From contig VBKL01000053.1 in assembly GCA_005879805.1 (NCBI GenBank), positions 93,520-157,519 on the forward strand: a DNA stretch of 64,000 bases, read 5' to 3'. Position numbers and translations under genes: made by a program. Source of the stretch: Deltaproteobacteria bacterium (GTDB taxonomy: Bacteria; Myxococcota; Myxococcia; Myxococcales; 40CM-4-68-19). Below are positions 36,602 through 46,290 of the stretch, piece after piece. The notes under the pieces are model-generated. The model made no database searches, had not been told where the DNA came from, and was given only the letters and a program-made list of their open reading frames with translations. Every line of letters starts with the position of its first letter. Within the stretch, counting starts at the first letter, position 1.

Positions 36602-37144
36602 ATGAGGAACGTGACGAGGATTGTGGTCGGGGTGGTGGCGCTCTTCGCAGGCGCGCCGGTGCTCCCTGCGGCGGCCGTGCAGATCGGCGACAAGGCGCCC
36701 GCCTTCGCCCTGCCCGCGACGACCGCCGAGAAGGTTTCGCTCGCGGACTACCTCGGCAAGAAGAACGTGGTGCTGTTCGGGTTCATCGGCGCTTTCACTC
36801 CGACCTGAACGCGCGAAGTCGCGGCTTTCCAACTTGACCTGCCCAAGTTCGAAAGCCGCAATGCCCAGGTCCTGGGCATCAGCACCGACTTCGTGCCGGC
36901 CAGCCAGGCGTGGAGCGAGAAGATGGGCCTCACCTTCCCGCTGCTCAGCGATATGCCCCGGACGACGCTGGAGGCCTACGGATTCCTCGAGACCGATCCC
37001 AAGAACCGGCTCTATCGTTACGCCAAGCGGGCTTATGCAATTATCGACAAGTCGGGAACGGTTCGATATAGGAAGGTCCTCGATAGTCCCAAGGATCTGG
37101 TCACGAACGACGAGCTGCTCGCCGAGCTCGACAAGCTGAAATAG
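36602..37144 (+). CDS. selenocysteine-containing peroxiredoxin (BCP/AhpC-TSA fold), exported; UGA 36806-36808 decoded as Sec
   Basis: ATG 36602 plus a signal peptide. The sequence reads ..VVLFGFIGAFTPT-[TGA]-TREVAAFQLDLPKFESRNAQVLGISTDF..LTFPLLSD... The TGA sits where Prx proteins have the peroxidatic Cys (FTPxCTxE). The same frame stays open to TAG 37142-37144, and a SECIS-like hairpin follows. Confidence 0.85.
36821..36859 (+). promoter_or_regulatory. SECIS-like hairpin downstream of the in-frame UGA
   Basis: GCGGCTTTC-C-AACTTG-[ACCTGCC]-CAAGTT-C-GAAAGCCGC. It has 9 + 6 perfect base pairs around a 1x1 C/C internal loop and a 7-nt apical loop. It starts 12 nt after the TGA. Confidence 0.8.
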
Positions 37145-37160
37145 CCGGTCTCCCGCCGAT

Positions 37161-37559
37161 CTACCCAACAGATCGCCAACGATTCCGTTCGAAGTCGTAG
37201 AACGACCATGCGAAGGGCGGCCACACGAAGCAACCGAACCTGAGGAGCTCTCCAGGACTGTACCGATAATAAAACTCGTTGAAGGCGAGCGCATACTTCG
37301 CCTTGGGAACCGAGGGAAGGAAGTCCGGCACCAACCCCTGTAAAGCGTCGGGATATCGATCGTGTCTGGCCTTGTATTCCTTGATTGCCGAAACCACCTG
37401 ATCTCCTCGCGTCCGCGCCAACCGGTTGTTGAAGTTGATGGTTGCCATCACGGCGACTAGCGTCAAAGCGTGGATTCCCAACTTGGCCAGGCGCTTGCCA
37501 TGAAACGTCTGCCCCAGGGTCAGGATGATGACGAGCTTGAGTCCTTCCCAGAGGACCAT
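37161..37559 (-). CDS. hypothetical membrane protein (lower GC)
   Basis: 132 aa with two hydrophobic segments. No alternative start exists upstream before an in-frame stop. No family recognised. Confidence 0.45.
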   Translation of the reverse strand: MVLWEGLKLVIILTLGQTFHGKRLAKLGIHALTLVAVMATINFNNRLARTRGDQVVSAIKEYKARHDRYPDALQGLVPDFLPSVPKAKYALAFNEFYYRYSPGELLRFGCFVWPPFAWSFYDFERNRWRSVG

Positions 37560-37608
37560 TCCCGTGAGTGCCGCGAAAGCGAATCCACCATCGCCGAGGC
37601 CGAAGACA

Positions 37609-39540
37609 TTACGTGATCAATCGCGCGATGATCGCGGTCAGTTCGCCGGGCTCGATCGGCTTGGCCAGATGCGCCTGAAACCCCGACTCGAGGGCCTGGC
37701 TCCGGTCCTCATCGCGCGCGAATGCGGTCAGGGCGACCGCGGGGATTCCGCTCATGCCATTGCCCTCGCCGGCGCGGATCTTGCGGATCAAGCAGTACCC
37801 ATCGTGCTCGGGCATTCCTATGTCGCTGACCAGGACATCCGGCTTGAACCGCTCGAGCACGGCCAGCGCCTCGTCGACACAGCCAGCCGTGGCTGTCTCG
37901 GCTCCTGCGTGCTCCAGGATCATGCTCAGTAGCTCACGGGCATCGGCATCGTCGTCCACGACGAGGATCTTGACGCCTTTGAGCGCCGGTGCTCCGGACC
38001 TCACCGCGCCCTCGTGGGAAGGCGATATTCGCTCGGCGGCGTCAGCCCGGCTGCTCATGATGGGAAGTTCGACCGTGAAGTTCGCGCCTCGTCCGTCGCC
38101 CGCGCTCTGCGCGCGGACCGTCCCACCATGGAGGTCGACGATGTGGCGAACGATGGCGAGGCCCAGCCCGAGACCGCCGGTCCTGCGTTGCCCCTGCCGG
38201 AACCGGTCGAAAATTTCGGGCAGCAGCTCGGGTTTGATGCCCATTCCCGTGTCGGCCACCGTGATCCGCGCGATCGATCCCCTGCGCTCAAGGCCAACGT
38301 GCACCTTCGCCTGCGGCTCGCTGAACTTGATCGCGTTCGAAAGCAGGTTCCAGACGACCTGCTGCAGCCGAGCGGGATCCGCGAGCACCGGACCGGCGTC
38401 CGGATCGACCGCGACCTCGAGCTCGATCCTCTTCATGTCGGCAAGGCCCTGGACAGCATCGATCGCCGCCTCGAGGACCACGACCGGATCGACCGGCCGC
38501 CGATCGACCTGGAGCTTGCCGGTCACGATGCGCGACACGTCCAGCAGGTCCTCGATCAGTTGCGCGAGAAGCTTCGTGTTCCGGTCGATCACTTCCAGGC
38601 CGTGCGCGGCCCGGGCGGAGGCGAGCGCTCCCACGCGCAGGAGCCGTGCCCATCCGAGCATGGCGGTGAGCGGCGTGCGCAGCTCATGCGAAACCATCGC
38701 CAGGAATTCGTCCTTCGCCTTGTCCGCCGCGCGCAGCTCGCGCCGGGAATCCTCCAGGTCGCGCACGACCCGCTCGTACGCGCGCATGTCGCGCAGGATG
38801 CCGATTGCCCCGATGACGGTACCGTCAGGATCGCAGAGGGCCGAAGCGTTGAGCGTGGTCGGGATCACCTCGCCCGACGCGCTGCGGGGATTCAGCCGGA
38901 CGTTGCGCGTGACGCCGCGCTCGACCACCTCGCGCAACGCGGCGATGAACTCGCGGGTCTCGTCGGCGGAGATGATGCGCGACAACGATTGCTCGATGAC
39001 CTCGTCCGGACGAAACCCGAGCAGCGTGAACACGGCGTCGTTGGCTTGGAGGATCTTGCCCCGCAAATCGCTGACGAAGACCGGATCTGGAGCGTTCTTG
39101 ATCAGGCTCTCCGCGTATGCGCGAGCCTTGTCCAGCTCGCGCATGTCGCGAAGAATCCCGATGACGCCAATGGGCTGCCCGCGGCCGTTGCGCAGCGCCG
39201 AAGCGTTCAATGTGGTCGGAATCACTTCGCCCGACGCGCTGCCGGCGTTGAGGCGGACGTTTCGCGTCACCCCCTGCTCGACGACCTCGCGCACCGCGGC
39301 GATGAACTCGTAGGTCTCCCTCTCGCTCAGGAAGCGGGACAGCGACTGCTCGAGCACCTCGTCGCGGCGGAGGCCGAGCAGTTGCGAGACCGCCTCGTTC
39401 GCCTCCAGGATCTTCCCGTGCAAGTCGCACACGAAGACAGGATCGGGCGCATTGGCGACAATGACGTCCGCCGCAAGGCTGCCCTGAACATCAGCCGCCG
39501 AGAACCCGTCTGCGCCTACCATGGCCATCTGCCGCTGCAC
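37609..39540 (-). CDS. hybrid sensor histidine kinase (2x PAS - HisKA - HATPase_c - receiver)
   Basis: The H-box is FLAMVSHELRTPL. The N/G boxes are NLLSNAIKF and DTGMGI...GGLGLGLAIV. The C-terminal receiver is ILVVDDD...VLVSDIGMPEHDG...LTAF...HLAKP. Confidence 0.92.
   Translation of the reverse strand: MQRQMAMVGADGFSAADVQGSLAADVIVANAPDPVFVCDLHGKILEANEAVSQLLGLRRDEVLEQSLSRFLSERETYEFIAAVREVVEQGVTRNVRLNAGSASGEVIPTTLNASALRNGRGQPIGVIGILRDMRELDKARAYAESLIKNAPDPVFVSDLRGKILQANDAVFTLLGFRPDEVIEQSLSRIISADETREFIAALREVVERGVTRNVRLNPRSASGEVIPTTLNASALCDPDGTVIGAIGILRDMRAYERVVRDLEDSRRELRAADKAKDEFLAMVSHELRTPLTAMLGWARLLRVGALASARAAHGLEVIDRNTKLLAQLIEDLLDVSRIVTGKLQVDRRPVDPVVVLEAAIDAVQGLADMKRIELEVAVDPDAGPVLADPARLQQVVWNLLSNAIKFSEPQAKVHVGLERRGSIARITVADTGMGIKPELLPEIFDRFRQGQRRTGGLGLGLAIVRHIVDLHGGTVRAQSAGDGRGANFTVELPIMSSRADAAERISPSHEGAVRSGAPALKGVKILVVDDDADARELLSMILEHAGAETATAGCVDEALAVLERFKPDVLVSDIGMPEHDGYCLIRKIRAGEGNGMSGIPAVALTAFARDEDRSQALESGFQAHLAKPIEPGELTAIIARLIT
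38725..39455 (-). repeat. tandem duplication of a ~120-codon PAS module inside the histidine kinase gene
   Basis: Two consecutive units share long identical blocks: APDPVFV.DL.GKIL.AN.AV..LLG.R.DEV.EQSLSR, GVTRNVRLN..SASGEVIPTTLNASAL and IG.IGILRDMR. Confidence 0.8.
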
Positions 39541-39731
39541 AGGTAATCATCGTTTCGCTAGCGCACCCGTCGTCCTGGTAGTGGGGATACGCAGGGCGTG
39601 GAAGATGCCCTTTTTGTCGTCAATCCTGACGACATCGCGGTCGTCCAGCGTGCCGGAGTGGGCCTGGTTCGCCGCCTCGGCGACGGCGCGAACGCCTGCT
39701 CACCGCGGCAGGCTCTCGAGTCGGCCTCCCT

Positions 39732-40757
39732 TCAAAGCTCCTCTTCCCGCCAGATTCCGAGTGCTTTCTGCACCGGCCGGTCGGAGAAGGAGAAGAGCAC
39801 GGTCTCTTCCTGCGCCTCGTGCGAGACCTCGTGCCAGGAAGGGACGACGAACAAGTCCTTCGGGCCCCAGTCGAAGACTTCTTTACCGATCTTCGATCGC
39901 CCGCGGCCTTCGACCACGCTGAACACGGTCCCGTCGGTCGATCGATGTCGCCTTCCCTTGAAGCCCGCCGGCAAGAGCTGGATGAAGGCCGCGATGGTCG
40001 GCATCGGATAACCGCCGGTCGCCGGATTCGCATATTGCATCTTGATGCCGTGGGACGGATGCGGCGGCCCGGCGCGCTGCAAGCGCGAAAGCGCGTCGCG
40101 CGTCTTCTCGTACGGATAGCTGAAGACCGGCGTCGTTCGCGAAGCTGGCTGATACTCGAGCGGCAACAGATTCTGCCCGTACCGCGAGTGCGCGTCGCCC
40201 TCCGGCCGCACGCTGGGCTGGACCTCCTGCGGGTAACGCTCGGCGAAGCCCGCGTCGAAGAAGGCGATCATCGGGATGTCCAGTCCGTCCAGCCAGATGA
40301 CCGGCTCTTTTCCGGGATTGCCGTGGTCGTGGAAGGTCCAGGAGGGCGTGACGATGAAATCCGCCGGGCGCATGGTGGCGCGCTCGCCGTCCACCGCCGT
40401 GTAGGCACCGCTGCCCTCGACGACGAAACGGAGCGCCGACTGGGCGTGCCGGTGGCTCGGCGCCACCTCTCCGGGAAGGATCAGCTGCAAGCCGGCATAG
40501 AGCGTGTGGGTGATCGACGAATGCCCGCGCAGGCCGGGGTTCTCGAGCACCAGCACGCGCCGCTCCGCCTCCTTGGCGGTGATGAGCCGACCCGCTTCGA
40601 GGAGAAGGGGGCGCGCCGTCTGGTAGCGCCAGAGCGCCGGGACGCACGGCGTGCGCGGCCTTTGCGGCACCAGATCGCCGAGCACCTCCCAGAGCGGCGT
40701 GAGGTTCTCGCCGCTGATCCTTTCGTAGCACTCCTTGCGCTCGGGGTTCTTCTCGGG
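39732..40757 (-). pseudogene. gentisate 1,2-dioxygenase (bicupin), 5' end lost at a deletion junction with the upstream MFS gene
   Basis: Homology starts at [25 protein letters not shown] (normally about residues 5-30). Cupin motifs such as [16 protein letters not shown] are present. No in-frame start codon or RBS exists, because the frame runs straight into MFS coding sequence in another frame. Confidence 0.75.
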
Positions 40758-41929
40758 ATGCGGCCGATCCCCAGCGCCCAGCCGACGCCGGTCGAGCGGA
40801 TGGCGGTGGGATACGACTCGGCGGTGAGGGCGTTGGCGCCGATCTGCCCGCCCACCACGCAGAACCCGGCGCCGAAGATGGTGGCGACGAGCAGGGTCGT
40901 CGAGGCGGCGGCGGTGCCGATGAGGACGACGAACGCGCCCGCTCCGAGATAGGTGAGGGCGAGCATCGCGTAAGGCGAGAAGCGATCGAAGAGCCTGCCG
41001 AGAAGCAGCGTCCCGGCGATGCCTCCCACCTGGAACATGGCGGTGATCACGGCGGCGTTCGCAACCGGGATTCCCGCGTCGTGGATGATGGTCGGGAGCC
41101 AGCTGGTCAGGAAGTAGAGATCGAGCAGGCTCATGAAGAACACCACCCAGGTGAGGAGCGTGAAGCGGCCGCGGCCCTCGGCGAAAAGCTGCGCCACCAC
41201 GAATCCCTTGGGCTTGTGCTCCTCCACCGTGAACACGGCCGCAGGATCCGGCCGCATCGACGGGTCGATCCGCTCCAGGATCGACGCGACCTCCGCGTTC
41301 CGCCCGCCTCGCACGACCAGATACCGGATCGATTCGGGGAGGCCCCGCGGCAGGAAGGCGAAGAAAAGGCACGGCACCGCACCGCCCACCACGAAGACGG
41401 CTTTCCAGCCGAACCGGGCGATGAGCCCGGCCGCGGCCAGACCACCGAGCGCTGCGCCGAGCGAGAAGCCGCAGAACATGATCATGATGGTGGTCGCCCG
41501 CACCCGCCTCGGCGCGTACTCGGTGGTGAGGGCGATGGCGTTGGGCATCGCGCCGCCGAGCCCGAGTCCGGTAAGGAAGCGGAAGGCGAGCAAGACCTGC
41601 AGCGAATTCGCCGTCGCGGTGAGCAGCGAGAGGACGCCGAAGAAGAGCGTGCAGAAGAGCAGGACGGGCCGGCGTCCGAAGCGGTCCGCAATGGGACCGA
41701 AGGCGAGCGCGCCCACCATGAGCCCGGTGAGCCCGGCGGCGAAGACCGGACCGAGGTCCTGCCGCTGCACGTGCCACGACTTCACGATGGCGGGAGCGAC
41801 GTACCCGATGGCCTGGGTATCGAAGCCGTCGATGAGCACGATGAGCGCGCAGAGCGCCACCACTTGCAGCTGGAAGCCGCCGAAGCGCCGGTCGATGAAT
41901 CCCTGGACGTTCACGATCGGGGCCTTCAT
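40757..41929 (-). pseudogene. aromatic acid/H+ symporter-type MFS transporter (PcaK/GenK-like), 3' end lost
   Basis: 391 aa of good MFS sequence run up to ...[19 protein letters not shown]. After that the frame reads Arg/Ser-rich nonsense across the dioxygenase gene to a stop at 40481. The last helix or helices are missing. Confidence 0.75.
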
Positions 41930-43170
41930 GCTCTGCCCTCCTCCAGCGTCTTGCGATCGTATCCCGCGACCTGCTTGTAGCGGTCCGAGATCGCTCGCAG
42001 CTCAGCTTCGCTGATCACGTCCTCGATGCGCTCGAAGGGCTTGTCGCCGCTGCGCAGATAGACCTCGCGCAGGATGGCGTCCGGCGGATTCTGCCGATTC
42101 ATCCGCACGACGTTGGAGGTAGCGGGAAGCCTCTGCGCCTCGTAGGCTGCGAGCGCCTCACGCGGGTCGTCCTTGCTCGACAGCTCCGCGGCCAGCACCC
42201 GGGCGTCGAGGATGGCCTGTCCGGCGCCGTTCGAGCCGCGCGGAACCATCGGGTGCGCCGCGTCGCCGAGGAGCGTCACCCGCCCCTTCGTCCAGAAGGA
42301 GAGCGGATCCTGGTCCACCATGGGGAACTCGAGGATCGAGTCCGCCGCCTGCAGGAAGGCGGGAACGTCGAGCCAGGGAAAATGCCAGTCCTCGAAGGCG
42401 CGGAGGAAGTCGCTCAGCTCGCCGCGGCGGTTCCAGTCGCGCGCGACGTGCCTCGGCGTTTCCACCTCGGCGACCCAGTTGACGAGCTGTCGCCCTTGCG
42501 GGTCGACGCGGTTGCGGATGGGGTAGATGACCATCTTCCCCGTGGCGAGCCAGCCGGCCCGCACCATGCTCGCGCCGGAGAGGAACGCCGGCCACCGCGT
42601 CACGCCTCGCCACATGTTGACGCCGGAGTAGAGCGGCTCGCCCTCTTCCGGATGGAGCTGCTTGCGGATGCGCGAATGGATCCCGTCGCAGCCGACCACC
42701 ACGTCGCCGCTCTGGGGCGGAAGGTCCTCTCCGGTGGTCGCGTCCTGGAAGAGCGCTGTCGCGCTCGAACCGTCCTGCTCGAACCCGACGCACTTCCAGC
42801 CCGCTTTCACCCGGTCCGCGCCGACGCGCTTGCGCACCGCCTCGTGGAGCACCGCTATTAGATCTCCCCGGTGGATGGAGTACTGCGGCCAGTCGTATCC
42901 GGCGGCGCGGCCGAGCGCCTCCCGGAAGATGAGCTGGCCGAAGCGGTTGAAGAAGACCGCTTCCTGGGTGGGAACGGCGACGCGTGCCAGGTCGGTTTCC
43001 AGCCCGAGCGCGATGAGCTCCTTGGCCGCGTGGGGCAGGATGTTGATCCCGACGCCGACGGCGCGCATCTGCGGCACCGACTCGTAGACGCGAGAGGAGA
43101 CGCCGGCCCGTTGCAGCGTCAGGGCCAGGGTCAGTCCGCCGATTCCCCCGCCCACGATCACCACGTCCAT
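41926..43170 (-). CDS. FAD-dependent aromatic monooxygenase (3-hydroxybenzoate 6-hydroxylase/salicylate hydroxylase-like)
   Basis: [17 protein letters not shown] is the FAD fold. DGIHSRIR and [24 protein letters not shown] are also present. The stop overlaps the MFS start (ATGA). Confidence 0.88.
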   Translation of the reverse strand: MDVVIVGGGIGGLTLALTLQRAGVSSRVYESVPQMRAVGVGINILPHAAKELIALGLETDLARVAVPTQEAVFFNRFGQLIFREALGRAAGYDWPQYSIHRGDLIAVLHEAVRKRVGADRVKAGWKCVGFEQDGSSATALFQDATTGEDLPPQSGDVVVGCDGIHSRIRKQLHPEEGEPLYSGVNMWRGVTRWPAFLSGASMVRAGWLATGKMVIYPIRNRVDPQGRQLVNWVAEVETPRHVARDWNRRGELSDFLRAFEDWHFPWLDVPAFLQAADSILEFPMVDQDPLSFWTKGRVTLLGDAAHPMVPRGSNGAGQAILDARVLAAELSSKDDPREALAAYEAQRLPATSNVVRMNRQNPPDAILREVYLRSGDKPFERIEDVISEAELRAISDRYKQVAGYDRKTLEEGRA

Positions 43171-43189
43171 GAAACGGCTCCCGCGGTAG

Positions 43190-43860
43190 TCAGTCCCTTT
43201 CCGCGACCACCGGATTGCGCAGGATCCCGATGCTCGAGATCTCGACCTCGGCGACATCGCCAGCCTTCATGAAGACGGGCGGCTCGCGCTTGAACCCGAC
43301 GCCCCCCGGGGTACCGGTGGCGATCACGTCGCCGGGAAGCAGCTCGGTGAAGCCGGTCAGATATTCGATGATGGTGGGGATGTCGAAGATCATTAAATCG
43401 GTGGGCGCCCGCTGCATCTCGTTGCCGTTGAGCCGCGTGAAGCGCGCGTTCCGATGACGACCGCCAGCTCGCCCTCGTAGTCGAAGTCCTTCGCGTTGCG
43501 AGGAAGCACGAGGGCCTGCCCGTGGCCCACCTGCGTGTCCGGATAGCGGATGAAGAGCGCGGGATGGGCGGTCGGATCGCGGTGACCCGTTTCGTCGCGA
43601 TGTGCGTGGTAATTGAGCCCGACGCAGAGAATCTTCGCAGCGTCGGGAATGACCGGCCGGAGCTCCACGTCGGCGGGGCGGTGATCGGGGCGCTTCCCCA
43701 CCGCGGCCTTGCGAGCCTCCCCGAGCGCTCCCGCCTCGAGAACGCTCTTCAGCGTCGGATAGCGCGATTCGCCGAGATGGCGCCGGAGGTCGACGACGCC
43801 GTCGCCGACGACCGCACCGTAGGAAACCTTGCCCTGGACGGCATAAGTGGCGAGCTTCAC
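43190..43860 (-). pseudogene. fumarylacetoacetate hydrolase-family enzyme (fumarylpyruvate hydrolase-like) with an internal deletion and frameshift
   Basis: The N-terminal part runs from GTG 43860 to ...DFDYEGELAVVIG. At 43441-43452 the reading switches frame to ...RFTRLNGNEMQRAPTDLMIFDIPTIIEYLTGFTELLPGDVIATGTPGGVG. The central segment seen in FAH-family proteins is absent. Confidence 0.78.
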
Positions 43861-43900
43861 GCGCTCCGCATAGCGGAAAGCGCCCCCGATTGACAATCCG

Positions 43901-44713
43901 TCATTCCAGCAGCTGCTGCATCTCCGCGTACGGAATCGCACCTTGGGCGAGCGACCGGTAGGTGCCGCTGTCGAGAAGCTCACGCACGATGGTGGCGGCG
44001 AGGCCGTATGCCGCCCGCGCCATGCCCGATCCGACGCTCGCCCGCCGCACGCCGAGCCGTTCGAGTTCCGGGATCGGCGGAGACTTCGGCGAGATGAGCA
44101 CGTTGAGCGGACCGCGGATCTCGCGAACGAGCGCGGAGATGCGCTCGGGGTCCACGACCCAGGGCACGAAGGCACAGTCGGCCCCGGCGGCGAGATAGGC
44201 GTTCGCGCGGCGGATTGCTTCGGCCATCCGCTCCGCGGCGGGAACGTCCTCGACGCCGAACACGTCGGTCCGCGCATTGATGACGAGCGGCTCGGCCGCG
44301 GAACGCGCTGCGCGGATGCGAGCCACCTGGGCCTCGACGGGCAGGAGGCGCCCGTCGGTCGCCGTGTCCTCGAGGTTGATTCCTACCGCGCCACAGGCGA
44401 GCACCGCCCGGGCCGTCTGCGCCGCATCGTCGGTCGTCTGGCCGTAGCCCGCCTCCACGTCCGCCGAAACAGGAAGGGAGACGCAGCCAGCGATCCGTCC
44501 GACCAACTCGATCATCTCGTCGCGCGAGATGCGCTCGCCGTCGGGATAGCCGTAGATGGCCGCGACCGCGGCGCTGGAAGTCGCCAGCGCGGGAAGTCCC
44601 GCCTTCGCCACGATGCGGGCGCTTGCGCAGTCCCAGACGTTGGCCAGGACGAGCAGGCGCGGCCCCTGGTGCAGCGCGCGCAGGGTGTTCGCCTTCTCCA
44701 GAACGGTCGGCAT
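43901..44713 (-). CDS. isocitrate lyase/PEP mutase-family enzyme (methylisocitrate lyase-like)
   Basis: GGGAGG then ATG 44713. LVLANVWDCASARIV, PVSADVEAGYG, GINLED and INARTD are family motifs. 270 aa. Confidence 0.85.
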   Translation of the reverse strand: MPTVLEKANTLRALHQGPRLLVLANVWDCASARIVAKAGLPALATSSAAVAAIYGYPDGERISRDEMIELVGRIAGCVSLPVSADVEAGYGQTTDDAAQTARAVLACGAVGINLEDTATDGRLLPVEAQVARIRAARSAAEPLVINARTDVFGVEDVPAAERMAEAIRRANAYLAAGADCAFVPWVVDPERISALVREIRGPLNVLISPKSPPIPELERLGVRRASVGSGMARAAYGLAATIVRELLDSGTYRSLAQGAIPYAEMQQLLE

Positions 44714-45436
44714 CGTCGTCCTCCCGCAGCGAGGCGAGTGCAGGGTCGCGCTGAAGCTCGAATCGGTGAAGGTGTTCGCGACCCACCAGCCGACGCCCAT
44801 GCCAGCCACCGCGGGGAGGCGCGGAACGAGGGCGCCGCGGACTTCCTTGGCGACGGACTTGGTCAGATGTCGTGCCTCGCGCGCTCCGCGGGCCATGCCG
44901 GGCGGGAGAGCGGCTCCGCCGTACGGTGCGAGTACGCGGTCGCGGTCCTCGCAGGCACGCAGGGCAGCGGCGCGGGCGGCCCGGGCCAGTTCCGCGGCCG
45001 GAACGGTGAGCGAAGAATCGTCGTCGAGGGCGTCGCCGCCCAGCCGCTCCCAGGCGACGGACAGTTCCTTGCGCGCCCGGTACAGGCGGGCCCGCAGGAC
45101 GCCGCGATGGGCGAGGCCGCGCAGGATCACCAGGGGCCGGACGAGCGCGGGCACCTCGGCGTAGTCGGCGCGGTCGTCGTCGAGAGAGCGGCCCAGCGAA
45201 CTGGTGATCGCGTCGCACTTCGAGCGGCGTTCCCCGACTTCGTGCAGCGACTCGGAGAGGCGCTCGGCGAGATCGTCGCGGGAGCCCAGCGACTCGCCGA
45301 GCTTTTGCAGAGCGAAACCGTGCTCGCGAAGCGCGCGGCGCTCCTGGCGAGAGAAGCGGAAGGCAGCGATGCCCGCCGAGACGCGCTCCCGGATGGGGAC
45401 GTGCTTCGGCGGAGGAACGGAGAGAGTGGATTCCAC
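44714..45436 (-). CDS. hypothetical protein-coding region with no stop codon before the downstream ICL/PEPM gene (same frame)
   Basis: 241 codons with clear GC3-rich coding bias, starting at ATG 45436. There is one hydrophobic segment near the end (LPAVAGMGVGWWVA). It reads straight through the downstream RBS and ATG, so it is either a fusion or a gene truncated at its 3' end. Confidence 0.45.
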
Positions 45437-45513
45437 GGGCGGAAATCTAGCGGCCTCCCCAGGTAGCCGCGCAATGCGCGCATGTGGGGCCGCGCACGGC
45501 GATGTGCGCGCCT

Positions 45514-46290
45514 CTACCCTCCCAGGAAGAGGCGTCCCACCTCGGGATCCTCGAGGAGCTCCCTTCCCGTCGCCGCTCTCGCCACCTTGCCGGCCACCAG
45601 CACGTAGCCTACGTCGGCGAACTCGAGCCCTTTCTTGGCGTTCTGCTCGACCATGACGATCGACTTACCCTCTTGACGCTGGAGGTCGGTGAGGATCTCG
45701 AACACCATGTCGATGTAGCGCGGCTCGAGGCCGATGGAGGGCTCGTCGACGAGCAGGACCTTGGGGTCCATGACCAGCGCCCGGGAGATTTCCAGAAGCC
45801 GCCTCTCGCCGCCCGAGAGCACGCGTGCCGGTTGCCGGCGGCGGTCGGCGAGCCGTTTGTACTTCGCGAAGACGCGCTCGGCGGCCTCCTTCGCCTGCTG
45901 CGGACGGTCCATGAGATACCCGCCCATCCACAGGTTCTCCTCGACGGTCATGTCGGGGAAGACGGAGTTGTCCTGCAGCACGTAGGCGACGCCCGAGCGC
46001 CGGAGCTTTTGATTCGGCGAGATTCTCGTGACGTCCTCGCCCGCCACCCGGATGGTCCCTTCCAGGATGCGGGTGAAGCCGTAGATCGAATGCAGCACGG
46101 TCGACTTGCCCGCCCCGTTCGGGCCGATGAGGCAGAGCGAGCGCCCGGGCGCGACGACCAGATCGATGCCGTGCAGGATCTCCATCCGGCCGTAGCCGGC
46201 GCGAAGCCTTTCGAGGGAGAGCAGTGGCTCGCCTCCCGCCAGGAGGCGGAGCTCTTCGCGGGAGGGTCCGGAATCGGGAACGGCCAGCAT
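45514..46290 (-). CDS. livF: branched-chain amino acid ABC transporter ATP-binding protein
   Basis: Walker A GPNGAGKST, signature LSGGERRLL, Walker B LLVDEPS. Confidence 0.9.
   Translation of the reverse strand: MLAVPDSGPSREELRLLAGGEPLLSLERLRAGYGRMEILHGIDLVVAPGRSLCLIGPNGAGKSTVLHSIYGFTRILEGTIRVAGEDVTRISPNQKLRRSGVAYVLQDNSVFPDMTVEENLWMGGYLMDRPQQAKEAAERVFAKYKRLADRRRQPARVLSGGERRLLEISRALVMDPKVLLVDEPSIGLEPRYIDMVFEILTDLQRQEGKSIVMVEQNAKKGLEFADVGYVLVAGKVARAATGRELLEDPEVGRLFLGG

Noticed and set aside
39600-39731. 45-codon reverse-strand reading (..AVAEAANQAHSGTLDDRDVVRIDDKKGIFHALRIPTT..) between the kinase and the dioxygenase genes, possibly another gene remnant
   Set aside because: It has no start codon and no recognisable family, and it is too short to support. 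It may be a remnant, but that cannot be shown from the sequence alone.
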